From assembly GCA_963823805.1 (NCBI GenBank), contig CAWGMW010000002.1, positions 255,845-319,844 on the forward strand: a stretch of DNA of 64,000 nucleotides. Direction: 5' to 3'. Shown here one piece after another: positions 26,153 through 34,842 of the stretch. Each line of letters opens with the position of its first letter. Position 1 is the stretch's first letter. A model generated the notes under the pieces. The model did no database searches. It saw only the letters and a program-made list of their open reading frames with translations, and was not told where the DNA came from. Source of the DNA: an uncultured Acidobacteriaceae bacterium. Its GTDB lineage: Bacteria > Acidobacteriota > Terriglobia > Terriglobales > Acidobacteriaceae. Position numbers and translations under genes: made by a program.

Positions 26153-28348
26153 TCATTTGCCGCCGCTCTTCAACAGCGTCTGCCAGTTGACCACCACCGT
26201 AATCGGTTCGGGCTTGACCTGGGCAGCTGGTACGAGCATAAGGAAGCGCTTGCCGTCGGGCGAGACCACATACATATTTCTGCCCCGATAGTTTCCATCC
26301 AGCCGGGTCTGAAATAGCAGCTTGGGAACGGCGGCCTGGAATGCCGGCCCGTTGGTATTCACGTCCACCGCCATTAGCTTTCCATCGAGATCGAGATAAA
26401 AGAGTTCTTTGCCGTCGCGGCTCCACATCGGCTCCGCCCCGCCAAACGCGGAGACTTGCCACTTTGCGGTTTGTCCCGGGAATGTCTGAACGTAGATTTC
26501 GTTTCTTCCAGTTTCATTGGATGTGTAAGCCACAAAGCGGGCGTTGGGCGAAAACTGCGCGCTTTGCGTACCGAAGCTGCCGCGAACAAATGCGAAGGGC
26601 TTGCGGTCGCCAAAAAGCGGCAAACCCCACAACTCGGTTGACGTTGGGCCCGTCCCAGTGTCGTAGATGGCATAACGGCCATCCGAAGATATGTCGTCAA
26701 CGCGCTTGGGTTGATCTTTGGACTGAAAAACGAGCTGCTCGCTCCCCAGCCCGTCCGCGGATTTCTGGTAGATGTCGAACTGCCCGCTGCGATTGGACGA
26801 AAACACGATCCGGGTTCCATCCGCCGACCAGGCGGTATTGGTGTTATCCCCGGGGCCGAATGTAAGGCGCGAAGCGGGGCCGCGCTTCAGGTCATAGATC
26901 CATATGTCGCGCTTGCCGAACTCCCCTACCGCAAGAGCGAGTCTGGTCCCGTCGGCCGAGAGCGCGGGGGCGGTGTAAATGCCGGTCTGCCCAACCGCGC
27001 CCTGTTTCTCTCCCGCGCGGTTAAACCAAACCATCTGCCTCTCGGCCGCTATCCCAAACATCGACGACGTGTCGACGGTCTCGTAAGCCAAAACGCCTGC
27101 CGGCGAGACGGAGTAGTATGCGTAGGTCGAGTACATGTTCCGGCCGAGGTTCTGGGCCACCGGAACGGCGGGACCGGTGAAGTGCCGCGCCCTGGCGTTA
27201 AAGGGCCGCGCCATGAGCGTGCTCTGGTCCATATAGAACAGAAAGCCCGGCGGGGTGAAAAAGGCCTCCGATTCCACATGCTGCAGCCGCTCCACCGTCT
27301 TTGAGCCCAGCGAACCAGCAGCGACGAATTTGCCGCTGAGCGCAGATGTGCTGGTCTCAAAGATGAAGTGCCGGCCGTCGGGGAGAAACTGCGGAAACAA
27401 ATAAGCAACATCCTGGAGGGGTAAACCCGGGGCAAGCACGAGCGTGGGTGTGCCGCCCGTATCGGGTACGCGGTACAGGTTGCCGCCGGTGCTGAAGAGA
27501 ATGACGCCCTCGCGGTTCCAGGTTGCGCCGTCGAAGTTGTTCAAATCGCAAAGCGCCTGTGGCGCACCGCCCGAGAGATCGACCTTTTCCAATTTTCCGT
27601 TTGCATGAAAACCGACCTGCCGGCTGTCCGGCGACCAGAACGGTCCTTCGGCCCCCTCCGATCCCGGAACTGACTGTGCGGTGAGGCTGCCGAGTGGACG
27701 CAGCCAGAGAGTCTGGGACTTGTCCTGTCCGCCCAGTGCGACGAATGCCAGAGTGCGGCCGTCGGGCGAAAGGCTCATCTCGCCGCCGGCAATGAACTCC
27801 GAGTTTTCGGGTGCGGGGACGGACAAGCGAATCAGGTTTGGTTGCGGCGCCGGTTTCAGCAGGAGCCAGACCGCGACAGCAGCAAAGAGAACTGTGGTGG
27901 CGCCCAGTGCCCACGGCAGCGCGCGCCGCACGCGCGATGCGGGTTTGGCTTCGGCGACTGGGCCGCCGGAGAGCGCCACTTCAGCGTCCGCGCCCGTGCC
28001 GGACAATTCCGTTGGCGCGTCCTTCTCCACCTGGCCGATAAATCTGTAGCCGTACCTCGGAATCGTTTCGATGTAGCGTGGCGTTTCAGCCTCGTCGCCG
28101 AGCGCCTGGCGAAGCTTCTTGATCGCTGTGTTCAGGTTGTGATCGAAATCGACAAACGTGTCCGACGACCAGATCCGCTGGCGGATTTGTTCGCGCGTTA
28201 CTAGCTCTCCGGGTGTCTCCAGCAGGATTTCGAGCACGCTGATCGGCTGACCTTGCAGCTTGATGCGCGTGCCGTTGGTGCGCAGCTCCCCGCTACGCGA
28301 ATCGAGCTCAAAGGGTCCGAACCGTCTCTTGATGCCGGGGACGGGCAT
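26153..28348 (-). CDS. one-component regulator: OmpR/CadC-type winged-helix DNA-binding domain, one TM, TolB-like beta-propeller
   Basis: N-terminal trans_reg_C motifs (FGPFELDSRSGELRTNGTRIKLQGQPISVLEILL, ETIPRYGYRF), TM ALPWALGATTVLFAAVAVWLLL, then repeated WD40-like/TolB blades (SPDGRTLAF, SADGTRLAL, SADGTRIVFSSNRSG, SSDGRYAIY, SPNARFVAYTSNETG, SRDGKELFY, SPDGKRFL). Confidence 0.85.
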   Translation of the reverse strand: MPVPGIKRRFGPFELDSRSGELRTNGTRIKLQGQPISVLEILLETPGELVTREQIRQRIWSSDTFVDFDHNLNTAIKKLRQALGDEAETPRYIETIPRYGYRFIGQVEKDAPTELSGTGADAEVALSGGPVAEAKPASRVRRALPWALGATTVLFAAVAVWLLLKPAPQPNLIRLSVPAPENSEFIAGGEMSLSPDGRTLAFVALGGQDKSQTLWLRPLGSLTAQSVPGSEGAEGPFWSPDSRQVGFHANGKLEKVDLSGGAPQALCDLNNFDGATWNREGVILFSTGGNLYRVPDTGGTPTLVLAPGLPLQDVAYLFPQFLPDGRHFIFETSTSALSGKFVAAGSLGSKTVERLQHVESEAFFTPPGFLFYMDQSTLMARPFNARARHFTGPAVPVAQNLGRNMYSTYAYYSVSPAGVLAYETVDTSSMFGIAAERQMVWFNRAGEKQGAVGQTGIYTAPALSADGTRLALAVGEFGKRDIWIYDLKRGPASRLTFGPGDNTNTAWSADGTRIVFSSNRSGQFDIYQKSADGLGSEQLVFQSKDQPKRVDDISSDGRYAIYDTGTGPTSTELWGLPLFGDRKPFAFVRGSFGTQSAQFSPNARFVAYTSNETGRNEIYVQTFPGQTAKWQVSAFGGAEPMWSRDGKELFYLDLDGKLMAVDVNTNGPAFQAAVPKLLFQTRLDGNYRGRNMYVVSPDGKRFLMLVPAAQVKPEPITVVVNWQTLLKSGGK

Positions 28349-29149
28349 GTCTCTCCTGGACTTCGCGCAAGGTTAGGGCGGCAACCGCCTGGCGCGCGGC
28401 TTAACCTCAACCAAGTCGGTGTCAAATCGCCATCATCTTTAAGAAATGCGTTGGGGGAAGAGTCTTAAATTCGAGACTTACACACGCAGCATAAGCCGGA
28501 ATTGCGGCAAACTCAATTGGCAGTGGAATCAAGAGGCCGAACTTCTCTGATCTTGCTCTCGCGTGCCGGCCCGCGCTTCAGCCCGCTTCAACGGGTAAAA
28601 GAACCCCCGGCGCCGTACCTCTCCACCGCATGTCAAGTCCCGCGCCGGCCACAAATGAACCCAAACCACTGAAAACACTCGCGAAATTCTGATTCCGAAG
28701 TTTGCCGGATAATTCCGCCATTTGGCGCATCCTCAAACTATGAGCGAGGCCCCAAAACCAGGCACCACCGCCCGCTCGCCCTTACTCCATTCAGCCATTT
28801 TATGGGCTGTAAACGCCGCGACCTTCGCCGGATCTGACCACCCTGGCAGCTCACTTGGGGCCAAAACTAATAAAAGAAATGATTTTATACACTTCAAAAT
28901 GCGATTTTTAACTCTAACTATTTTTAGAATCAACAAATATGGCACAAAATCTGTCACGATTTTTTGCGTTTTTTATCGATTTTTATGCGCAAAATGGCCC
29001 TTTTCACCCTCGAAACCGGCCCAATTCGCCACGCGGAGCGCGCCCGGACTGCTAACCCTGCCAGCTCACATCTCTCCCCGCGCTCGACGGCTTCGGCGAC
29101 CCCTTGACGCGCACCGCGGCTTGACGTAGGCTCGGAATAAGGAGAACAT

Positions 29150-30205
29150 ATGGCGAAAATTGAGTCGCTCTTCCCCATCCTCCAGCCCTCCCCACTAGCC
29201 GGTCTCGCTCGAACCGCCGCCGAGGCGCCGCTCGACTTAAGCGGATGCCTCACGGAATATCGGCCGCTCACAAGCCGGTCGATCCTGAACAAAGTGACTT
29301 CGAACCGCGGCTTGCCCTTCAGCCACGCCATCAACCCCTATCGCGGCTGCGAGTTCGCCTGCCGCTACTGCTACGCCCGCTACACGCACGAGTTCCTTGA
29401 AATGAAGCCCGACGAATTCGAGCGAAAGATCTACTTCAAGCAAAATGCCGCCTGGCTGCTTGAGCAGGAGCTGAAACGTCTGAAGCCGGGAACCGAGATC
29501 GCCATTGGGACGGCAACCGATCCGTACCAGCCGCTGGAGCGAAAGCTCAAGATCACGCGCTCGCTGCTGGAGGTGTTTGCGCGGCAGAGCGGATTCCGCG
29601 TTGGCATCGTGACCAAGTCGGCGCTGGTTGTTCGCGATGTAGACCTGCTGAAGGAGGTCGCGCGCAACAACCGGCTGACTGTGCACATCACTGTAACCAC
29701 GATGAACGCAAAGCTGGCGCGGCAACTGGAGCCGCGAGCGCCGCGTCCCGACCTGCGCATGAGGACCGTGGCGGAGTTGCGCGAGGCTGGGCTGCGCGCC
29801 GGAGTGATGTGCTCGCCGCTGATGCCAGGAATCACAGACAGCGCGAGCTCGATCCGCGCAGTGGCACGTGCCGCGTCGTCTGCGGGCGCGAGCTTTTTGG
29901 CGGCCGGAGCGCTGTTTCTAAAGCCGTGTTCCCTGCCCACATTTCTCCGGTTTGTGCGCGAGCACTTTCCCGGCCAACTCGCCGCATACGAGCAGCGCTA
30001 CAGGTCGAGCGCGTTTGTCTCCGGCGCGTACCGGGAGAGAATGGCGGCGCTGGTGGATTCGATTTGCAGGGAGTTCAAGCTCGGAAAGCGGTATATGGTC
30101 GAGGACGCGGCGAAACAGGAGGATGCGCAGGTAGTAGAGATGCAGCCGTGGCTACCGTTTGCGAACGGAGTCGGCGAGCGTTGCGCCCATGCCGCGGGCA
30201 CGTAA
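29150..30205 (+). CDS. radical SAM protein (SplB / COG1533 DNA-photolyase-like family)
   Basis: CxxxCxxC cluster motif in NPYRGCEFACRYCYARYTHEF. AAGGAG RBS 5 nt before the ATG. Confidence 0.82.
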   Translation: MAKIESLFPILQPSPLAGLARTAAEAPLDLSGCLTEYRPLTSRSILNKVTSNRGLPFSHAINPYRGCEFACRYCYARYTHEFLEMKPDEFERKIYFKQNAAWLLEQELKRLKPGTEIAIGTATDPYQPLERKLKITRSLLEVFARQSGFRVGIVTKSALVVRDVDLLKEVARNNRLTVHITVTTMNAKLARQLEPRAPRPDLRMRTVAELREAGLRAGVMCSPLMPGITDSASSIRAVARAASSAGASFLAAGALFLKPCSLPTFLRFVREHFPGQLAAYEQRYRSSAFVSGAYRERMAALVDSICREFKLGKRYMVEDAAKQEDAQVVEMQPWLPFANGVGERCAHAAGT

Positions 30206-30245
30206 GAGACGGATCCCTCAGCGTCAACAGCCCAATTGATTCTAT

Positions 30246-30319
30246 TGGCTGCCCCCCAGGGATTCGAACCCCGATATGCTGATCCAGAGTCAGCTGTCCT
30301 ACCATTGAACGAGGGGGCA
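30246..30319 (-). tRNA. tRNA-Gln (anticodon CTG)
   Basis: 74 nt, folded by hand. Acceptor TGCCCCC/GGGGGCA (U1-A72, typical of bacterial tRNA-Gln), D-arm GTTC-AATGGTA-GGAC, anticodon arm GCTGA-CTCTGGA-TCAGC, T-arm CGGGG-TTCGAAT-CCCTG, then G-CCA. Confidence 0.9.
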
Positions 30320-30501
30320 ACAAGCGCGAGTGACGGCTCGTCTTGCGGCCGATTGGCCGGGCTCCCAAAGCTGGGCGCGCAAAGCCAACTTCTTCATGTT
30401 ACGGACATTCTCGAGCCCGGTCAATTTGCCGGCCAATGGAAATCGGTGGCGGAAGATCAGCCTCAACCCGTCTGCTCGTCTCTTCCCATGACCGGATTCT
30501 T

Positions 30502-33093
30502 CTATTCCTCGCGAAGGACTTGAAGGGGCCTCAGGCCGAGAATACGGTAGCTTGCGATCCAGCCAGTGGCCGTAGCCAGCACTGCTGTTCCAACGAGCGC
30601 GATCAGCGTGGCGCCCCATGCGATGTGAAATCCCACCTCGAGCCGGTGAAGAAGCACGCGCGTGAGCAAATTGGCGAAGACAACACCGACTGCGCCTGCC
30701 AGCAACCCCAGAACGCTGAACTCCACGCTGAAGGTGCGCACGATCCGCATCCGTGTCGCGCCCAGAGTTTTGAGCACGACCGCTTCCTGCATGCGGCGAA
30801 AGCGAGTGCTGGCAATGCTCGAGGCGAGGATCGTGAGGCCTGCGAGAATCGAAAAGCCCGCCAGCAGGCGAACGACGAACGTAATCTGGTCGACGACACT
30901 CTCGATGCGTTCCATGACATCCGCGATATCGATGACGGTGACGGTTGGATAGGCCGTAAAGAATGCGCGCTCCATTGCGGCCACCTGTTTCGGATCGATG
31001 TGCACCCCGCCGTACCAGGTGGACGGCTGGTCAGAGATCAATCCGGAAGGCAGAACAAATTGCACGCGCGCTCCCAGGTGCTGGCCATCAGCGCGATAGA
31101 TTGCGGCGACTTTGAGAGTCCGCGTTGTTCCGCCGGTCTCAAGCTCCACGGCCGAACCCAGGCCGACGTGCAGGCGCTGCGCCACTCCGTCGCTGACCGC
31201 GATCTCGGCCGCGCTGCTATTGGTCCACCACGCGCCCGTGGTCACTTTGTCGCCCTCGGGCGGCGCATCGGCCCAGGTCAGTTCGGCGCTTTCCAGCATG
31301 CGAATCGGATAGTGCTGGCCTTTCATTTGCTCTACCGGCTGGCCGTTGATGGAAACAAACCGGCCGATCACGACAGGGATCATGCTCAGTTGCTGGCTGA
31401 CGCCCGCCTGATGCGCGAAAAATGCTTTGACGCCGTCGACTTCGCCTTTTTGCACATCGACGAGAAAGATATTGGGTAGACTCGGCGATGCGGTTTCGCG
31501 CAGATCGACTAACAGATCCTTCTGCATGAGATACACCGAGAGAATCAGCATGACTCCCGCTCCCAGCGCCGCCAGCACCGCGGCGGATTGATTGCCGGGG
31601 CGATAGAGATTGGAAAGACCATGGCGTAGCGAGGAAGGCAGATGGAGGCGGGTGCGGTTCAGAAGGAACCTGAGAAACCAAAGCGCCGCGGCCGCCAGCA
31701 CCAGCAGAACCACCAGTGTGATGGTGAACATCAGATCAAACGTCGCGCCCACCTTTGGCGAATCGGACAGCGCCCACGCGATTCCAGCCAAAGCGGCGAT
31801 GACTGCGGCCGCAATGCCGAGCTGCAGGCGGCGCGCCCACCATTGTGCAAACCAACCGCCGATGCTCGACGGTCCCTGCTCCACGAGCCTGCGCAGCACC
31901 AGCACCGGCCTTACGGCGCGCACGTCAAGCAGCGGCGGCAAACAAAAGAGCAGCGTCGTCAGCAGCCCGGTTCCTAATCCAGCCAGCGCCGACTGCCACG
32001 GAAATTGAAGAATCACATGCACGGGAAGCAACTCGCCAAAGGCCGCCGGCAGCGCGGCCATCACAGCCACGCCCGCAGCTACACCCAGCAACCCGCCGGC
32101 AAGACCAAGACCCAGCGTCTGCAAGAGAAAGATGCGCAGAAGATCAGAAGAATCCGCGCCGATGGCTTTGAGAATGGCCAGCATGTCCATGCGCTGCTCG
32201 AGATGCGCGTGCATGGCCATCGCCACGCCGATTGCGCCCAGAACCATGGCAACCAAACAAATGAGGCTCAGGATGGATGTCGCATTATCGAGGCCGCGCG
32301 TAAGCGCGGGGTTGCCCTCACGGTAGTCCATCACTTGCGCATCCGGCAGCGCCGCCTCCAGTTGCCCGCGGACCGCGGCGGTTTCAGCATCCGCGGTGAC
32401 GCCTTTCGGAGGCGCGTCAGGGAGCTTGACGAGCAAGCGCCGGCTGGCGCGGCTTCCCGGCGCCAGCAGTCCGGTCGTCGCCATTGCCGCCTCCGAGATC
32501 ATGACGCGCGGCCCCAGGCCCATGCCCGCCGTGATGCGATCGGGCTCCTGTTTCAGCACAGCGGAGATGTGGAAGTCCCTGCCGCCAAGGCGCAGCATGT
32601 CGCCGACGTGTGCATTGAGGCGAATGAGAAACTCATCCGCCACTACGGCCGAGTCGCCCTGCAAAGCTTGCCGCAACGGCATCGCCGGATCCAGTTCCGC
32701 AGTTCCATAGAATGGATACTCAGCCGGATCGACAGCTTTGAGCGAGACGAGTATTGGCACGGGATCCGTCGACACCGATGCCATGGAGACGGTCTCAGTG
32801 ACCCACGTGGAGCGAATTGTGCCGCCGCTTTGCGCTTCAATTGCCGCGATCTTGCTGACTTCCTCGGCTGTGGGCGCACGAAGCAGCCGCGCGCTTAAGT
32901 CGCCTGCCAGAAGCGAGCGCGCCTCGGTGTTCAATGTTTCGCGGAAGCTGTCGCTGAGCCCGCGCACACCCACCAGCGCCGCCACGCCGACGGCGACCGA
33001 CAACACGACAAAACCGAACTTGCCGGGTGCGGACTTCAAATCGCGCCAGCCGATGGCTGCGGCGCGTTTCCAGCTTAACGCGCGCTTAGCCAT
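30502..33093 (-). CDS. ABC transporter permease with two FtsX-like domains (YbbP-like)
   Basis: 863 aa, about 10 TM segments, with duplicated FtsX/MacB-type permease modules. The start overlaps the upstream ATPase gene. Confidence 0.85.
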   Translation of the reverse strand: MAKRALSWKRAAAIGWRDLKSAPGKFGFVVLSVAVGVAALVGVRGLSDSFRETLNTEARSLLAGDLSARLLRAPTAEEVSKIAAIEAQSGGTIRSTWVTETVSMASVSTDPVPILVSLKAVDPAEYPFYGTAELDPAMPLRQALQGDSAVVADEFLIRLNAHVGDMLRLGGRDFHISAVLKQEPDRITAGMGLGPRVMISEAAMATTGLLAPGSRASRRLLVKLPDAPPKGVTADAETAAVRGQLEAALPDAQVMDYREGNPALTRGLDNATSILSLICLVAMVLGAIGVAMAMHAHLEQRMDMLAILKAIGADSSDLLRIFLLQTLGLGLAGGLLGVAAGVAVMAALPAAFGELLPVHVILQFPWQSALAGLGTGLLTTLLFCLPPLLDVRAVRPVLVLRRLVEQGPSSIGGWFAQWWARRLQLGIAAAVIAALAGIAWALSDSPKVGATFDLMFTITLVVLLVLAAAALWFLRFLLNRTRLHLPSSLRHGLSNLYRPGNQSAAVLAALGAGVMLILSVYLMQKDLLVDLRETASPSLPNIFLVDVQKGEVDGVKAFFAHQAGVSQQLSMIPVVIGRFVSINGQPVEQMKGQHYPIRMLESAELTWADAPPEGDKVTTGAWWTNSSAAEIAVSDGVAQRLHVGLGSAVELETGGTTRTLKVAAIYRADGQHLGARVQFVLPSGLISDQPSTWYGGVHIDPKQVAAMERAFFTAYPTVTVIDIADVMERIESVVDQITFVVRLLAGFSILAGLTILASSIASTRFRRMQEAVVLKTLGATRMRIVRTFSVEFSVLGLLAGAVGVVFANLLTRVLLHRLEVGFHIAWGATLIALVGTAVLATATGWIASYRILGLRPLQVLREE

Positions 33094-33817
33094 TTGTCGT
33101 CTCTTTTGGATTGTTTTCTTGCTCCCGGACGATGGATTCGGCAGGACCAGGCAGGGTGTCCTCTACGATGAGGCCGTCCTTGAGCACAATCCTGCGGTCG
33201 GCGCGGCTGGCAACTTCTGGGTCGTGCGTGACGAGCACCAGCGTCGTTCCCGCCTTTTTGTTCCTCTCCAGCAGCAGATCCAGCACCAGTCGGCCGTTCG
33301 CTGAATCAAGATTTCCCGTCGGCTCGTCGGCCATCACAATAGGTGGCTCGACCACAAAGGCCCGCGCCAACGCCACGCGCTGTTGCTCGCCGCCGGAGAG
33401 CTGCACTGGATAGTGGTCCACACGCTCCTTCAGGCCGACCTCGTCGAGCAGGCGCCGAGCCTGCGCCACGCCGCTGCCCTCCAGGTTGAGTTCGTAAGGG
33501 AGCAGCACGTTTTCAAGAGCCGTGAGCGTTTGAATCAACTGATACGACTGAAAGACAAAGCCAATCTTGCGGCCTCGAACCGACGCCAACGCAGTCTCTG
33601 CCAGGTTGTGGATGGGCACACCGTCGAGCCAGATCTCTCCTTCGCTAGGCGAATCGAGACCGGCGAGCAGCCCCAGCAGCGTGCTCTTGCCGCTTCCGCT
33701 CGCGCCCACGATGGCGACAAACTGTCCGGCGGGAATGTCCAGGGATATGCCTTGCAGAATCTCCACGCGCCGCGCGCCGTTCTGGATCCATTTCTTCGCA
33801 CCTTTGACTTGAATCAA
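33086..33817 (-). CDS. ABC transporter ATP-binding protein (YbbA/LolD-like)
   Basis: Walker A GASGSGKST, signature LSGGEQQR, Walker B VMADEPTGNLD. Confidence 0.9.
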   Translation of the reverse strand: MIQVKGAKKWIQNGARRVEILQGISLDIPAGQFVAIVGASGSGKSTLLGLLAGLDSPSEGEIWLDGVPIHNLAETALASVRGRKIGFVFQSYQLIQTLTALENVLLPYELNLEGSGVAQARRLLDEVGLKERVDHYPVQLSGGEQQRVALARAFVVEPPIVMADEPTGNLDSANGRLVLDLLLERNKKAGTTLVLVTHDPEVASRADRRIVLKDGLIVEDTLPGPAESIVREQENNPKETTNG

Positions 33818-33904
33818 CTCGCTCTCCCGTCATACGCAGTTTAAATGGCCGGTCATCGCAGCTTCCGGCGTCGCCACGCTCCCGCACGCGTCTACACTTG
33901 ATAC

Positions 33905-34564
33905 GTGGACGTTCGGCGATCGGTTCTTGTCGCATGTTGCCTGCTGTTGTTGCCGGCAGGGCTGCTCTTTGCCGCCGGTCCGCCAAATTCCGATCGGCCG
34001 ATCCCCGGTCGGCCAATTCTCGTTTGCTATGGCGACAGCATCACCGCGGGACTGGGCCTCCATGATGGCGAGGCCTATCCTGACGCCCTGCAAAAGCTGC
34101 TCGATGCACGGGGCTACGCGTACAGAGTCATCAACCAGGGCACAAGCGGCGCCACGACCAAGGATGCGCTCGAAGGCCTGCCTTACCTGCTTCGCCTGCA
34201 CCCTGCCGTCGTGATCGTGGAATTTGGCGGAAACGACGGGCTTCGCGGGCTGCCCGTCGACCAGACGCGAAGCAATCTCGACCAGGTGCTCGCAGGCCTT
34301 GAGATGGCTCACGTGAAGATCCTGCTCGCCGGCATCACGCTTCCGCCGGATTATGGACCCGACTACATCCGGTCGTTCGACAAAATTTTCCGCGATCTCG
34401 CGGCAAAGTACCACATCGCGGTCGTGCCCATGCTCTACAAGGACCTGATCAACGTTCCCGGAACCATTCAGAGCGACGGCATCCATCCCACCGCAAAAGG
34501 CTCCGCGATCATCGCCGGCACACTCTTTCCCGTTCTCAAGCCGTTGCTGCGCAAGAGCCCGTGA
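33905..34564 (+). CDS. tesA: SGNH/GDSL arylesterase (TesA-like thioesterase I/lysophospholipase L1)
   Basis: Signal peptide, block I GDSIT, block III FGGNDG, block V DGIHP. Divergent from the ybbA/ybbP-like genes, as in the E. coli tesA-ybbA-ybbP locus. Confidence 0.85.
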   Translation: MDVRRSVLVACCLLLLPAGLLFAAGPPNSDRPIPGRPILVCYGDSITAGLGLHDGEAYPDALQKLLDARGYAYRVINQGTSGATTKDALEGLPYLLRLHPAVVIVEFGGNDGLRGLPVDQTRSNLDQVLAGLEMAHVKILLAGITLPPDYGPDYIRSFDKIFRDLAAKYHIAVVPMLYKDLINVPGTIQSDGIHPTAKGSAIIAGTLFPVLKPLLRKSP

Positions 34565-34842
34565 GCTGCGAAGCAGAATTCGCGACAAGCGCCGAGGCGG
34601 CCGCGCTCTCGGCGATTAAACCAAACCCGAAACATCGGCTTTACGCTGGCTGTCGCGAAACGATACACACTATTACTTTGAGGCGAACGGTCGATATATG
34701 TTCGAATTCTTAAGGATCACTCATAATCGCGAAGGATTGCAGGTTGCTCGCGCAACCCGGCGATCGAATTCGCGGATCCGGTATTCCTCTCCCGCCTCCA
34801 ACCTGCGCGTCAGGGTTGCCGCCGCACAATCCCGGAGATCCC

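Noticed and set aside
28400-29100. oriC, RNase P RNA or another housekeeping RNA in the 800-bp gap
   Set aside because: There is no cluster of TTATCCACA-like DnaA boxes (the single best word has 2 mismatches) and no dnaA/dnaN context. The conserved RNase P (GAGGAAAGTCCGG), SRP and tmRNA signature strings are absent on both strands.
28722-29129. 135-aa ORF (and 74-aa ORF 28733-28957 on the minus strand) in the long intergenic region
   Set aside because: It crosses the AT-rich core with implausible composition (runs of F/I/K/N), has no RBS, and overlaps the predicted radical-SAM promoter. It looks non-coding.
34565-34842. Cobalamin riboswitch or Fur box upstream of the TonB-dependent receptor
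   Set aside because: There is no B12-box-like sequence. The best Fur-like stretch (GATCACTCATAATC) matches the 19-bp consensus too poorly to report.
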